A stretch of 64,000 nucleotides of DNA from NCBI RefSeq assembly GCF_963921235.1, contig NC_086107.1, positions 93,126,001 to 93,190,000 of the forward strand. The letters run 5' to 3'. The stretch is from Mobula hypostoma. Its lineage: Eukaryota. Made by a program: the position numbers and the translations under genes. Under the pieces are notes generated by a model. The model worked only from the letters and a program-made list of their open reading frames with translations, was not told the DNA's origin and did not search any database. Numbering within the stretch: position 1 is the stretch's first letter; each line of letters starts with the position of its first letter. Below, one piece after another: positions 49,604-61,554 of the stretch.

Positions 49604-50860
49604 AACACAAGAGATTCTGCTGATGCTGGAAATGCAGACCCACACACACAAAATGCTGGAGGAACTCAGCAGGTCGGGCAGCTTTTATGGAAACGGATAA
49701 ATTTTCGACGTTTTGGGCCAAAACATTTCTTCAAGAATGTAAAGGAAGTGGGAAGATGATGGAATAAAATGTTTGGGGAGGGGAAGGAGGACTAGCTAGA
49801 AGATGATAGGTGAAGCCAGGTGGGTGAGGAAGGTAAAGGGATGGAGAAGAAGGAATCTGATAGGAGAGGAGTGTGGACCATGGAAGAAAGGAAAGGAGGA
49901 GAGGTACCAGGGGGGAGGTGATAGGCAGGTGAGGAGAAGAGGTTAGGTGCCAGAGTGGGGAATAAAAGAAGAGCGAAGGGGGAGGGAAAACAAAGAAAAA
50001 AAACAGAAAAGAGAAACCGATGCTCATGCCATCAGGTTGAAGGCTACCTAGACGGAATATGAGTTGTCGATCCTCCACCCTCAGTGTGGCCTCATCGTGG
50101 CAAAAGAGGAGGCCATGGACAGACATGTTGGAACGGGAATGGGGATAGGATTAAAATGGTTGGCCACCAGGAAGTTCTACTTTTGGCGGATGGAGCAGAG
50201 GTGCTCGACAAAGAGGTCCCCACCCCCATTTATACACATGAGAAATTTATGTTGGGTCTCACCAATGTAGAGGAGGCCACATCGGGAGCACTAGATACAG
50301 TAGATGACACCAACAGATTCGCAGGTGAAGTGTGGCCTCAAAAGGAAGGAGGGAGGAGGTGAATGGGCAGGTGGAGCTTTTCGGTCGCTTGCAGAGATGT
50401 GTGCCAGGAGGAAGATTAGTGGGGAGGGACAACTGGAGAAGGGAATCACAGAGGGAGTGATCCCTACAGAAAGCAGAGAGTGGGGGATGGCGGAGGTAGA
50501 GATGTGCTTGCTGGAAGGAACCTGTTGAAGGTGGCAGATTTTGCAGAGAATGATGTGTTGGATACAGAGGCTCATAGGGTGGTAGGTGAGGACAACAGGA
50601 ACTCCATCCCTGTTAAGGTGGTTGGAAAATGAAGTGAGTACAAATGTCTGGGAAGTGGAGGAGATGCAGGTGAGGGCATCGTCAACAGAAACCTCGTTAT
50701 TTGAAGAAGGAGGGCATTTCCAATGTCCTGCAAAGGAAAACCTCATCTTGGGAACAGATACTGGCAGAGACAAAGGAACTGAGAAAAGGGAAAAGTATTT
50801 TTGCAGAGACAGGGTGGGAAGATGTATAGTCAAGATGGTCATAGGAATTGCTCACCAATG
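49604..50860 (-). mobile_element. Penelope-like element 3' half (RT thumb, GIY-YIG, terminal repeat)
   Basis: LDYTSSHP, VLTYHP, HFTCESVGVIYCI, EDRQLIFRLGSLQPDGM, and the same terminal repeat as 42800. Confidence 0.88.
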
Positions 50861-51019
50861 TAGAGGAGGTCGCATTGAGCTCACATGTATAAGTGTGAAG
50901 ATTGCTTAATTTCATTTCCAACACCCAAGTAAGTGTAAAGGAGAAAGATATAATTGTTCTTCCTGATCTAATGTAGTGCTCAAAAAGACCCACAAAAGAT
51001 AAAGATCCTCAGAGACAAT

Positions 51020-54000
51020 GGTGAGGAACTAAAGCTGCAGTGCGATAGCCTTCAGTTCATACTGGAGAATGAGGAGGTGATAGATAGGAAGTACAGGGAC
51101 GTAGTCACTCCTATGTTGAAGGCGGCAGGTACCAAGGTGACTGTCAGGAGAGGGAAAGAGAATAGGCAGCCAGTGTAGAGTACCCCTGTGGCCATTCCCC
51201 TCAATAATAAGAATGCTGCTTTGGATACTGTTGGGAGTACGAGCTACTGGGGAAGCTGTTCTGACTGGGTCTCTGTGGCTCAGAAAGGAAGGGGAAGAAG
51301 AAGAGTGCAGTCGTGATAGGGGATTCCACAGTTAGAGGAGCAGACAGAAGATTCCGTAGTTGTGAAAAAGACACCCGGCTGGTGTATTGCCTCTCAGGTG
51401 CCAGAGTCAGGGATGTCTCAGACTGAATCCAAAGAATATGAAAGGGTGAAGGTGAGCAGCCTGAAGTCATGGTACATATTGGTACCAGTGACATAGGTAG
51501 GAAATGGGTAGAGGTCCTGAACTCAGAATATAGGGAGTTATATAGAAAGCTGAAAAGCAGGACCTCCAGGGAGGTACTCTCTGGATCACTGCCTGTGCCA
51601 AGGGCCAGTGAAGATATGCATAGGATGATTTGGCAAATGAATGAGTAGCTGAGGAATTGGTGCAAGGGGCAGGGGTTCAGATTCCTGGATCATTGGGATC
51701 TCTTTTGGGGAAGGTACAACCCGTACAAAAAGGAGAGATTAGTTGAAGTTCCAGGTGTCAGGGGTCATGAAGTGTGTGAAGTTGCCATTACTAAACAGAA
51801 GGTTCTTGGGAAACTGTAAGGTCTGAAGGTAGATAAGTCACCTGGACCAGATGGTGTATGCCCCAGCGTTCTGAAAGAAGTGGCTGAAGAGATTGTGCAG
51901 GCTTTAGTAATGATCTTTCAAGAATCACTAGATTCTGGAATGGTTCCTGAAGACTGGAAAATTGCAAATGTCACTCTCCTCTTCAAGAAGGGAGAGAGGC
52001 AGAAGAAAAGAAATTATAGGCTAGTTAGTTTGACCCCTGTGGTTAGGAAGATGTTGGAGTTGATTGTTAAGGATGTGATTTCGGGGGAATTGGAGGCAAA
52101 TGATAAAATGGGCCGTAGTCAGCATGGGAAAATCCTCAAGGGAAAATCTTTCCTGACAAATCTGTTGGAATTCTTTGAAGAAATAATAAGCAGGATAGAC
52201 AAAGAGAATCAGTTGATGATGTGTATTTGGATTTTCAGAAGGGTTATAGAGTACTTTGATTTTCAGAAGTCTTTGACAAGGTGCCACACATGAGGCTACT
52301 TAACAAGCTATGAGCCCATGGTATTACAGGAAAGATTCTAGCAAGAATAAATCTGAGACTGACTGGCAGGAGACAAAGAGTGGGAATAAAGGAAGCCTTT
52401 TTTTGACTGGTTGCCAGTCACTAGTCTGTGTTGGGACTGATTTTTGTTTTTACGTTCTATGTGAATGATTTGGATGACAGAATTAATGGCTTTGTGGCCA
52501 GGTTTGTGGATGATATGAAGATAGGTGGATGGGCAGGTAGTTTTGAGGAAATAGAGAGGCCACAGAAAGGCTTGGACAGATTAGGAGAGTGGGCAAAGTG
52601 GCAGATGAAAGCCTGTGTCAGGAAGTGTATGGTCATGCACTTTCGTAGAAGAAATGAGAAGAAATGAAAGGGTTGACTGTTTACTAAATGGAGAGAAAAT
52701 ATAAAAACCGAGGTGCAAAACAGAGTGCTTATGTAGAATTCCCTAAAGGTTAATTTGCAGGCTGAGTCTGTGGTGAGGAAGGCAAATGCGATATTCACAT
52801 TCATTTTAAGAGGACTAGAATATAAAAGCAAGGATGTAAAGTTGAGACTTTATGAAGCACTGGTAAGGCCTCACTTGGAGTATTGTGAGCAATTTTGGGC
52901 CCTTATCTTTGAAAGGATGTGCTGAAACTGGAGAGGATTCAAAGGATGTTTACGAAAATGATTCCAGGCATGAACAGCTCGTCATATGGAAAGTGCTTGA
53001 TGACCTGGGCCTGTATTCATGAAAATGCAGAGTAATGGGGTATAACCTAACAGAAACCTGTCGAATGATGAAAGGCTTTGACATCGTGGATGTGGAGAGG
53101 ATGTTTCCTATGGTGGGAGAGTCTAAGACCAGAGGACACAGCTTCAGAATAGAGGAGCGTCTGTCTATAATGGAAATGAGGGGGATTTTTTTTTTTGCCA
53201 GATGGTAGTATATCTGTGGAATTCTTTGCCACAAGCAGCTGTGGGGGTCAAGCCTGTAATAAAAGCAGAGGTTTATATGTTCTTGTTTGGTCAGGGCACG
53301 AAGGGATAATGGGAGAAGGTAGGAGATTGGAACTGAGAAGAAAATTGGATCCACCATGATGAAATGGCAGAGCAGACCCAATGAGCCAAAAGGCCAAGTT
53401 CTGCTCCTTTCTTCTAATGGTTTTATGGATTACACCTGAACCCAAGGGACTAATATCCTTGCAGATGGGTTTGCTAGAGCTGTTGGGGAGAGTATAAACT
53501 AATTGGCCAGGGGAATGGAACTGGAGTGGTAGGGCTGAGGACAAGGCAGTTGGTATAGAGGTAGATGCAGTGTGTAATGAGACTGTGAGGAAGGACGGGC
53601 TGATGATAGGACAAAATGAGAGCCAGTTGGATGAGTTGAAGTGTAATGGCAGAGCAAAATCGAAAACAGTGATGAATACATGACTGTAAGTTCTATATCT
53701 AAATACATGCAGTATACAGATTGTTAGATGATATTGTAGTGTAGTTAGAGAATGGTAGCATGATGTTGTGGGCACCCTTGACTTGTGACTGAAACAAGAT
53801 CATAGTTTGGAGCTTAACATTCAAAGATACACATTGTATCAAAAGGACAGGCAGGTAGGCAGAGGGGTGGGATGGATCTGTTGGTAAAAATAAAATCAAA
53901 TACTTAGAAAGAGGTAACATAGAATACTTGTAGGTAGAAACTGCAAGTGTAAAAAGACTCTGATGGGAGTTATTTACAGGTGTCTGGACAGTAGCCAGTA

Positions 54001-54730
54001 TATAGGATACAGATTACAATGGGAGAAAGAAAAGACATGTCAAAAGGGCATTGTTAAATAGACATGGAGTTTTCAAAATGCAGGTAGATTGGGAAAATCG
54101 GGTTGGTGCTGGATGCCAAGAGAATGGCTCGTCAGAGCAGCTTGCAGTTAAGCCCGATAGGGGAATGGCAATTCGGGATTGGGTCTTGTGTATTAAACCT
54201 GATTTGATTGGGGAGCTTAAGGTGAAGGAACCCTTAGGAGATAGTGATCACAATATGATGGAATTCAGCCTGTAGCTTGAGAGGGAGAAGATAAAGACAA
54301 ATATATCAGTATTATAGTGAAGTAAAGAGGTATGAATGATGAACTGGCCAAAGTTGATTTGGAAGGGGACACTAGCAGGGATAACATCAGAATAGTAATG
54401 GCTGTAGTTTCGGGGGACAATTCAGAAGGTGCCGTATAGATACATCCCAAAGAAGAAGAAGTATTCTAGAAGCAGGATGAGGCAGTCAAGGCTAACAAGG
54501 GAAGCCAAAGACAGTACAAAATGAAAAGAGAGAGCATGTAATAGAGCAAAATTTGGTGGGAAATTAGGATTGAGAATCTTTTAAAAACCAACAGAAGGCA
54601 ATGAAGAAGGTCAAAAGGAGAGAAAAGATGAAACATGAAGGAAAGCCAACCAATAAAATAAAAAATTTTCTGGATATATATAGAGTAAAAGAGAGGTAAG
54701 AGTGGATGTTGGAAAATGACACTGGAGAGA
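51020..54730 (+). mobile_element. CR1 5' half (SGNH-esterase ORF1 + endonuclease) interrupted by a nested same-family CR1 at 51735-53425
   Basis: VVIGDSTVRG (51307), VHIGTSD, ..YKK|DGLHLNP split across the insert. The insert has PEDWKIANV, FVDDMKIGG and the 3'UTR. Confidence 0.88.
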
Positions 54731-54734
54731 TACA

Positions 54735-55360
54735 TAGATTGATTGTATGTCTATAAAGCACTGCTAGACACAGGAGTGCCTATGCGTAAGGTGACTGACA
54801 GGAGATTATAAAATCTCGGTTGCTGACAGTTAGCAGGGATGGGTGGAGGTGTTAACCAGCCCTAATCCTTGGAGAAATAGACTCCTTTTGGGTCTGGTGG
54901 TCCTGGCGTGGATCTACGTAGCCTCCTCCCAGATGGGAGTGGGACCAACAGTCCGTGAACAAAGTGGGTGGGATTCTTCATGATGTTACTGACACTTTTC
55001 TAGTACCTTTCTGTTTATATGCCCTTGATGGTGGGTAGGCTGGTGCCAGTGATGTATTGGGCAGTTTTGGCTACACGTTGCAAAGCCTTCCTGTCCACCA
55101 CAGAGCAGCTTCTGTGCCAAGCAGCTTGTTAGGGTGCTGTCTACACTGCGTCTGTAGAATGATGTGAGTTATGGGTGTGCATAATCCAGTTCTCTTCAGC
55201 CTGCTCAGAAAGAAGAGATGTTGGCGAGCTGTAGACTGTGTGCTGGAATAATGAGAGGTTGAGTGAGATGTGCACTCCCAGGTGTTTGAAACTGTTTGCT
55301 GTGCCACTGATGTTAAAGTGCAAGTTTTCCTGAAGTCAATAATCATCTCCTTTGTCTTGT
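54735..55360 (-). mobile_element. Rex1/Babar LINE fragment
   Basis: EMIIDFRK, FKHLGVHIS, RQHLFFLSRLK. Confidence 0.8.
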
Positions 55361-55364
55361 GTCA

Positions 55365-55865
55365 CAGGTGAGACTACGTGTGGAGTATTGTGTGCAATTC
55401 TGTTTACCCATCTATAGGAGAAAATGTGATGAAGTTGGAAAGGATGTCATTGGGATTGATGGGTTTGAAGAGGCAGGCTAGGCTGGAACATTTTTCTCAG
55501 ATTATAGGTGATTGATTATAAAATTATGAGGGGTGTTGATAACGTGGATGGTAAACGTCCTTTTCTCAGTGGAGCAAGTATAAAACTAGAGGGCAAATAA
55601 TTATGGTGAAAGATTTAAAAGGAATCTGAGGGGTAGCTTTACACACAGAGAGTAATGGATATATCAAACAAACTGCCCGAGGAAGTTGTAAAGGTGGGTA
55701 GAATTACAATATTTTAAAGGCATTTAGACAGACACATGGATAGAAAAGTTTCAGAAGGATCTGTGCCCAAAACAGGCAAATGGGAGAAGCTTGGATGGCA
55801 TTTTGTTGGCATGGTTGAGGTGGGCTGAAGGCCAATTCCCCTGGTGTATAACTCTTTGATTCTAA
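55365..55865 (+). mobile_element. Old CR1 3' fragment
   Basis: EYCVQF and KTRG remnants with 3'UTR. Confidence 0.75.
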
Positions 55866-56389
55866 GTTTATCCTAACGTAGGATTGGAGGCCAAAACTAC
55901 ATACCATACTCCAGGTGTAATCTTACCAAATCCCTTTACACCTACGAGAGCATGTACTTAATCTTGGTCTCCAAAATTATTCCAATGCAAGCAACCTAAC
56001 TTTTGATGAATAACTAGATAAATTATGTATCTAACTGACTCTTACTTATAGAGCAGAATTTTGGCCAGGACACTGCCAGTAGTTACCTTCCTCAAACATT
56101 GCTGTATCCTTTATTGTTTAATCAAGCATGTAGATGCAGCCTTCATACCTGATCTAAAGAGGTGCCCACGTCAAAATCCTCAATGCCACTGTTGCAAAGT
56201 AATGCCTTCTTGTCCAGATTGATTCTTGAAATGAATCTCTTGACTCGGGGGTAAGAGAACTAAAACGCTGATTCCCATATGAAGGTTTAAATATGTCAAA
56301 AATGACAAATAAGGAAGAGAGAAAATGAGAAACAAAGAAAAAAAAATCAAAAAATCAGCGCACAGAATGCCTTGAGACTTTTATATTAG

Positions 56390-56764
56390 ACTGTTGTAAT
56401 GCGTGGTTATTTGAGGTCCAATCACCTTCCTGTCAGCTTGAACCTGTGTGGCTATCGTCCTCTGACCTCTTTCATTAATGAGACATTGTTTTCCCACAGA
56501 ACTCCCCCTCACTGTATGTTTTTTTTTGGATTTGCTATGAACTCTGGAGACTGTTGTGTGTGAAAATCCCGAGATCAGCAGTTTCTGAGATACTCAAACC
56601 ACCCCGTCTGGCACCAACAATCATTCCACAGTCAAAATCACCTAGATCACATTTCTTCCCCATTCTGATGTTTGGCATTGAGTTACTGCTATATAATTAG
56701 TAGATTAGATATTTGTATTAACGCGCAGCTGCACTGGTGTACCGAATAAAGCAGCTACTGAGTG
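56390..56764 (-). mobile_element. Partial second copy of the Tc1-like family at 38404
   Basis: Colinear similarity (ctctgacctc, gagatcagca, caaaccaccc, tagatcaca) and decayed TIR aataaagcagctactgagtg. Confidence 0.8.
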
Positions 56765-57298
56765 TGCATTTTGGTTTGAAGACTATCTTAGGAGACCTGT
56801 CTCAATGTTGCCTTGTATCAGACATCATACAGCAATTTTACTTTCACATCTAAATGAGAAAGACTTTAGGGATGGGAACACAAACATCTCATCGACTATA
56901 TGGTTCAGTGAGGGTAGTGCCAATGAAATGCTTTAATGTTGGATGACTTCACTCACCTCAACACTGAACTGATTCCACAGCCTATGGACTCACTTTCAAG
57001 GACGCTACAACTCAAGTTCCCAAGGTAATTTATCTACTTAATATTATTAGTTTTATTTTTATTTTTCCTCAGCTCAAGCTGGTACGGGCAGAGCCAAGCA
57101 CACTCATTTCTCACAAACAAGAGAAAATTTACAGATGCTGGAAATCTACAGCAACACGACAGGGTCTTTTAAGAGACTCCTGGAGCTTAGAAAAATAGAG
57201 GGCTATGGGTAACCCTAAGGTAAGGACATGTTCGGCACAGCTTTTTGGGCCGAAGGGCCGATATTGTGCTGTAGGTTTTCTACATTTCTGTGTTTCTC

Positions 57299-57434
57299 TA
57301 ACACACACACCAAAATGCTGCAGGAACTCAGCAGGTCAGGCAGCTTCTATGGAGAGATTAAACAGCCCACTGTTTACTCTTTTCCAGAGATGGTGCCTGG
57401 CTTGCTGAGTTCCACCAGCATTTTGTGTGTGTTA
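57299..57434. repeat. Long imperfect palindrome of the PLE terminal repeat
   Basis: Arms 57299-57365 and 57370-57434 are reverse complements around a 4-nt loop. Confidence 0.85.
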
Positions 57435-57726
57435 CACTCATTTCTCAATTGTTAGAAACTTTCAGACTATTCTGGTGATGTTTACTTTTGAGGCTTTCTG
57501 GAGATTTACATAAATATTGTTGTGCAGGCCTAATTGTTTATTGCCATTGTGTAGTGACTTTGGGATGATACCAGTTGTAGATATTACTACTGTATTGGGA
57601 CAATGTATACCCTGTTCATGTTCCATGTTCTTTCAGTTTCCTCTTTTAATTCAGCATATTTCTGGTGTTTTTCACATTGATTTCTGCAAGCTATGTGTGT
57701 TTGGAATGGCTATATCTATTAACTGG

Positions 57727-58030
57727 TGTGGCACGTGGCCAAGTGGTTAGGGCTTTGGACTAGCGATCTGAAGGCCGTGAGTTCAAGTCTCGGCCAAGAC
57801 AGCGTGTTGTGTCCTTCAGCAAGGTACTTAACCACACAATGCTCCAGTCCACCCAGCTGAGAATGGGTACCGGCAAAAATGCTGGGGGTTAACTTCATGA
57901 TAGACTGGCGTCCTATCCGGGGGGCGGGGGGGAATCTCATACTCTCAGTCGCTGCAAACCACGGAAACTAGCATAAGCACCGGCCTGATGGGTCACAAGG
58001 CTCGTGACAGACATTAATCTTTAATCTAAT
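57727..58030 (+). mobile_element. tRNA SINE with a CORE-like domain
   Basis: A box TGGCCAAGTGG, B-box-like GAGTTCAAGTC, gtgtccttcagcaaggtacttaac...aatgggtacc, and (TTAATC) tail. Confidence 0.75.
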
Positions 58031-58234
58031 TCTTACTTTTTTATTATTATATCCAGACAGTTACTATGGATTGTCCGGGGGGCGGGGGGGAATCTCATAC
58101 TCTCAGTCGCTGCAAACCACGGAAACTAGCATAAGCACCGGCCTGATGGGTCACAAGGCTCGTGACAGACATTAATCTTTAATCTAATTCTTACTTTTTT
58201 ATTATTATATCCAGACAGTTACTATGGATTGTCC
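57916..58234. repeat. 158-bp tandem duplication
   Basis: 57916-58073 repeated at 58074-58231, with TCC microhomology at the junctions. Confidence 0.95.
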
Positions 58235-58992
58235 TATCTGTAATAATGGATCGGTCATGATATAATTTGTAGAACTTTGACTCTAAAACTGGATCAGGCT
58301 TGTACTAAAAGTAAGGTATGGTGTCTTTTATGAGTTTGTATTATTATTTTCATCATTATTAGTATATGTTTTATTGCATTTGCACGGATTGTCTTCTTTT
58401 ACACATTGTTGTTTGTGTCCACACACTTTCTAGGACTCATGTTCTCAATATTATTTATTTACTTATTTACTTATTTATTATTATTCGGTTTTTGTATTTG
58501 CACAGTTTCTCTTCTTTTGCATATTTGTTCTTTGTTAATCTTGCTTGTGTCTAGTTTATCATTGATCCTATTGTATTTCCTTGTTCTACTGTGAAAGCCT
58601 GCAAGGAAACAAATCTCAGGGTAGTATAAGACTACTATACAGGTATAGAAGAAAAATTAGGCCATTTGGCCCATCGGGTCTGCTCCACCGTTTGATCATG
58701 GCAGATCCAGGTCCCACTCAGCTCCACTCTCCTGCCTTCTTCCCGTAACTCTTCATACCCTGACTAATCAAGAATCTATCAACCTCAGTCTTAAATATAC
58801 CCAATGATTTGGCTTCCACAGCTACTTGTGGCAACAAATTCCACAGGCTCACCACTCTCTAGCTAAAGAAATTCCTCTTCATCTCTATTCTAAATGAACG
58901 TTCCTCTTTCCTAAGGCTGTGTCCTCTGGTCCTAGACCCGCCACCACAGCAAACATCCTCCCTACGTCCACTCTACCGACTCCTTTCAACAA

Positions 58993-60295
58993 TGTTCTCG
59001 ATCTCCTCAGTAACTTTGACTTCCCTGGCTCTGACCACCTCATTTTCACCACGGATATTCAGTTTCTATACACTTCTATCCCCCATCAGGGAGGCCTTAA
59101 AGCTCTCTGCTTATTTCTCAATAACAGAACCAACCAATTGCCCTTCTCCACCATTCTCCTCCATCCTGCAGAACTGGTCCTCACTCTCAAAAATCTTTCC
59201 TTCAACTCCACTTTTTCCAGGCTCAAAGGGTAGCCATGCAAACCCACATGGGCCCCAGCTACTCCAGGTTCTTCATTGGCTATGTAGAACAGTCCATATT
59301 CCAAGCCTTCCCCAGTAATGTTCCCCAAATCTTCCTGCATTACATTGATGACTGCATGGTGCTGCTTTATTTAGCCATGTAGAGCTCGTCAATTTTAGAG
59401 TCCTTTGCCTCTAACTTCCATCCTGCCCTTGGTCCATTTCTGATCCTTCCCTCCACTTTCTTGATCACCACGTCTCCATCTTTGAAGACAAACTGTCAAC
59501 CGACATCTGATATAAGCCTACCGATTCCCATAGTTATCTTAACTATACGTCTTCCCACACTATCCCCTATAAAATTGCCAATCCCTTTTCTCATTTCCTT
59601 CACCTCTGCCACATCCACTGCCATGATGTGGCTTTCCTTTCAAGGACATTGTAGGTATCCTCTGTCTTCAAAGTATGGGGTTTCCCTTCCTCCTTCATTG
59701 ATGCTGCCCTCACCCGCATCTTCTCCATTTCCCAAACATCCATGCTCACTCTGTCTTCCTGTCACCCTACCAGTGATTGCGTTTCTCTTGTCCTTCCTAC
59801 CACCAAGAGCCTTCACATCTAACATATCATCCTGTGCAACCTCCGCCATCTCCAAATGGATCCTACCACTAGACATATCTTTACCTCCCTGCACCCCCCC
59901 CCACTTTCCACAGGAATTGCTCCCTCCTTGATTCCCTTTTCCAATCATCCCTCCTCATGAATCTGCCCCTGGCACTTATCCCTGCAAGCAGCCTAACTGC
60001 TGCACCTGCCTACTCACCTCCTCCCTAACCTCCACTCAGTCCTTCTGGGAGAGACATTTCACCTGAAAATCTGCTGGGGTCATCTATTGTGTCTGGTGCT
60101 CTTGATGCAGCCTCCTCTACAGTGGTGAGACCCATAGTAAACTGGGGGACCACTTTATCGAGCACTTCTGCTCCATTCGCCAAAAGCAGAACTCCTGGCG
60201 CCCAAACGCAGAACTCCTGGCGCCCAAACATTTTAATTCCGATTCCCATTCCCATTCTGACGTGTTGGTCCATGGCCTCCTCCTGTGCCAAGATG
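58993..60295 (+). mobile_element. Penelope-like element (RT + GIY-YIG, decayed) nested in CR1
   Basis: FTTDIQFLYTSIPH, AELVLT, YIDD (tacattgatgac), GVIYC..LYSGET, and a 22-bp internal tandem duplication at about 60187-60229. Confidence 0.88.
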
Positions 60296-61191
60296 AGATA
60301 TCTACCTCATTCTCCTGAAAACCAGTGAGTTCAGGCCCAGAGCCATCAAATGCTCCTCATATGATAAAGCCTTCCAATTCTGGAATCATTTTTGTGAACC
60401 CTCTTTGAAACCTCTTCAATGCCAGCATATCTTTTCTGAGATAAGAGGCCCAAAACAGGTACTCCAAGTGAGACCACGTCAGTGCCTTATAAAGCCTCAA
60501 CATGACATTGTTGCTTTTGTATTCTAATCCTCTCAAAATGAATGCGGCCATTGTGTTTGCATTCCTCACCACCAACTCAATCTGCAAGTTAATCTTCAAT
60601 CCTGCACGAATGCCTTTGAACCTCAGATTTCTGAATTTTCTCGCTATTCGGAAAACAGTCTACACCTTTATTCCTTCTGCCAAAGTGCATGTGCATAGAC
60701 TTCTCTACATAATATTCCAGCTGCCACCTCTTTGCCCATTATTCTAATCTGTCTAAGTCCTTTTGCAACCGCTCTGCTTCCTCCACACTTCCTGCCTCTC
60801 TACCTGTATTTGTATTGTCTGCAGACTTGGCCACTAAGCCATCAATTCCGTCATCCAAATCATCACCATTAACATAAAAAGAAGCAGTGCAAACACAGAC
60901 TCCTGTGAAACTCCACTCATCACCAGCAGGCAGCCAGAAAGGCTCCCTTTATTCCCACTCTTTGCCTCCTGCCAATCAGCCAATGCCCTATCCATGCTAG
61001 TATCTTTCCTGTAATACCATGGGGTCTTAACTTTTTAAGCAGTCTTATGCGTGGCACCTTGTCAAAGACTTCTGAGAATCGAAGCACTCTATATCTACTG
61101 ATTCTCCTTTGTCTATCCTACTTGTTATTACTTCAGAAAATTCCTATAGATTTATCAGGCAAGATTTTCCCTTAAGGAAACTATGCTAACT

Positions 61192-61554
61192 TTATAGAAC
61201 ATAGAACATAGAATAGTACAGCACATTACAGGCCCTTTGGCCCACAATGTTGTGCCAACCCTCAAACCCTGCCTCCCGTATAACCCCCCCACCTTAAATT
61301 CCTCCATGTACTTGTCTAGTAGTCTCTTAAATTTCACTAGTGTATCTGCCTCCACCACTGACTCAGGCAGTGCATTCCACGCACCAACCACTCTCTGAGT
61401 AAAAAACCTTCCTCTGATATCCCCCTTGAACTTCCCACCCCTTACCTTAAAGCCATGTCCTCTTGTATTGAGCAGTGGTGCCCTGGGGAAGAGGCACTGG
61501 CTATCCACTCTATCTATTCCTCTTAATATCTTGTATACCTCTATCATGTCTCCA
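61192..61554 (-). mobile_element. Young CR1 3' end nested in the older CR1
   Basis: Uninterrupted GDMIEVYKILRG..TRGHGFKVRGG..FFTQRVV frame and (TTCTATG)n tail. Confidence 0.9.

Noticed and set aside
51300..51734. Host SGNH/GDSL esterase gene
   Set aside because: It is CR1 ORF1: contains stops, is contiguous with ORF2, and has a second copy at 63.2-63.8 kb.
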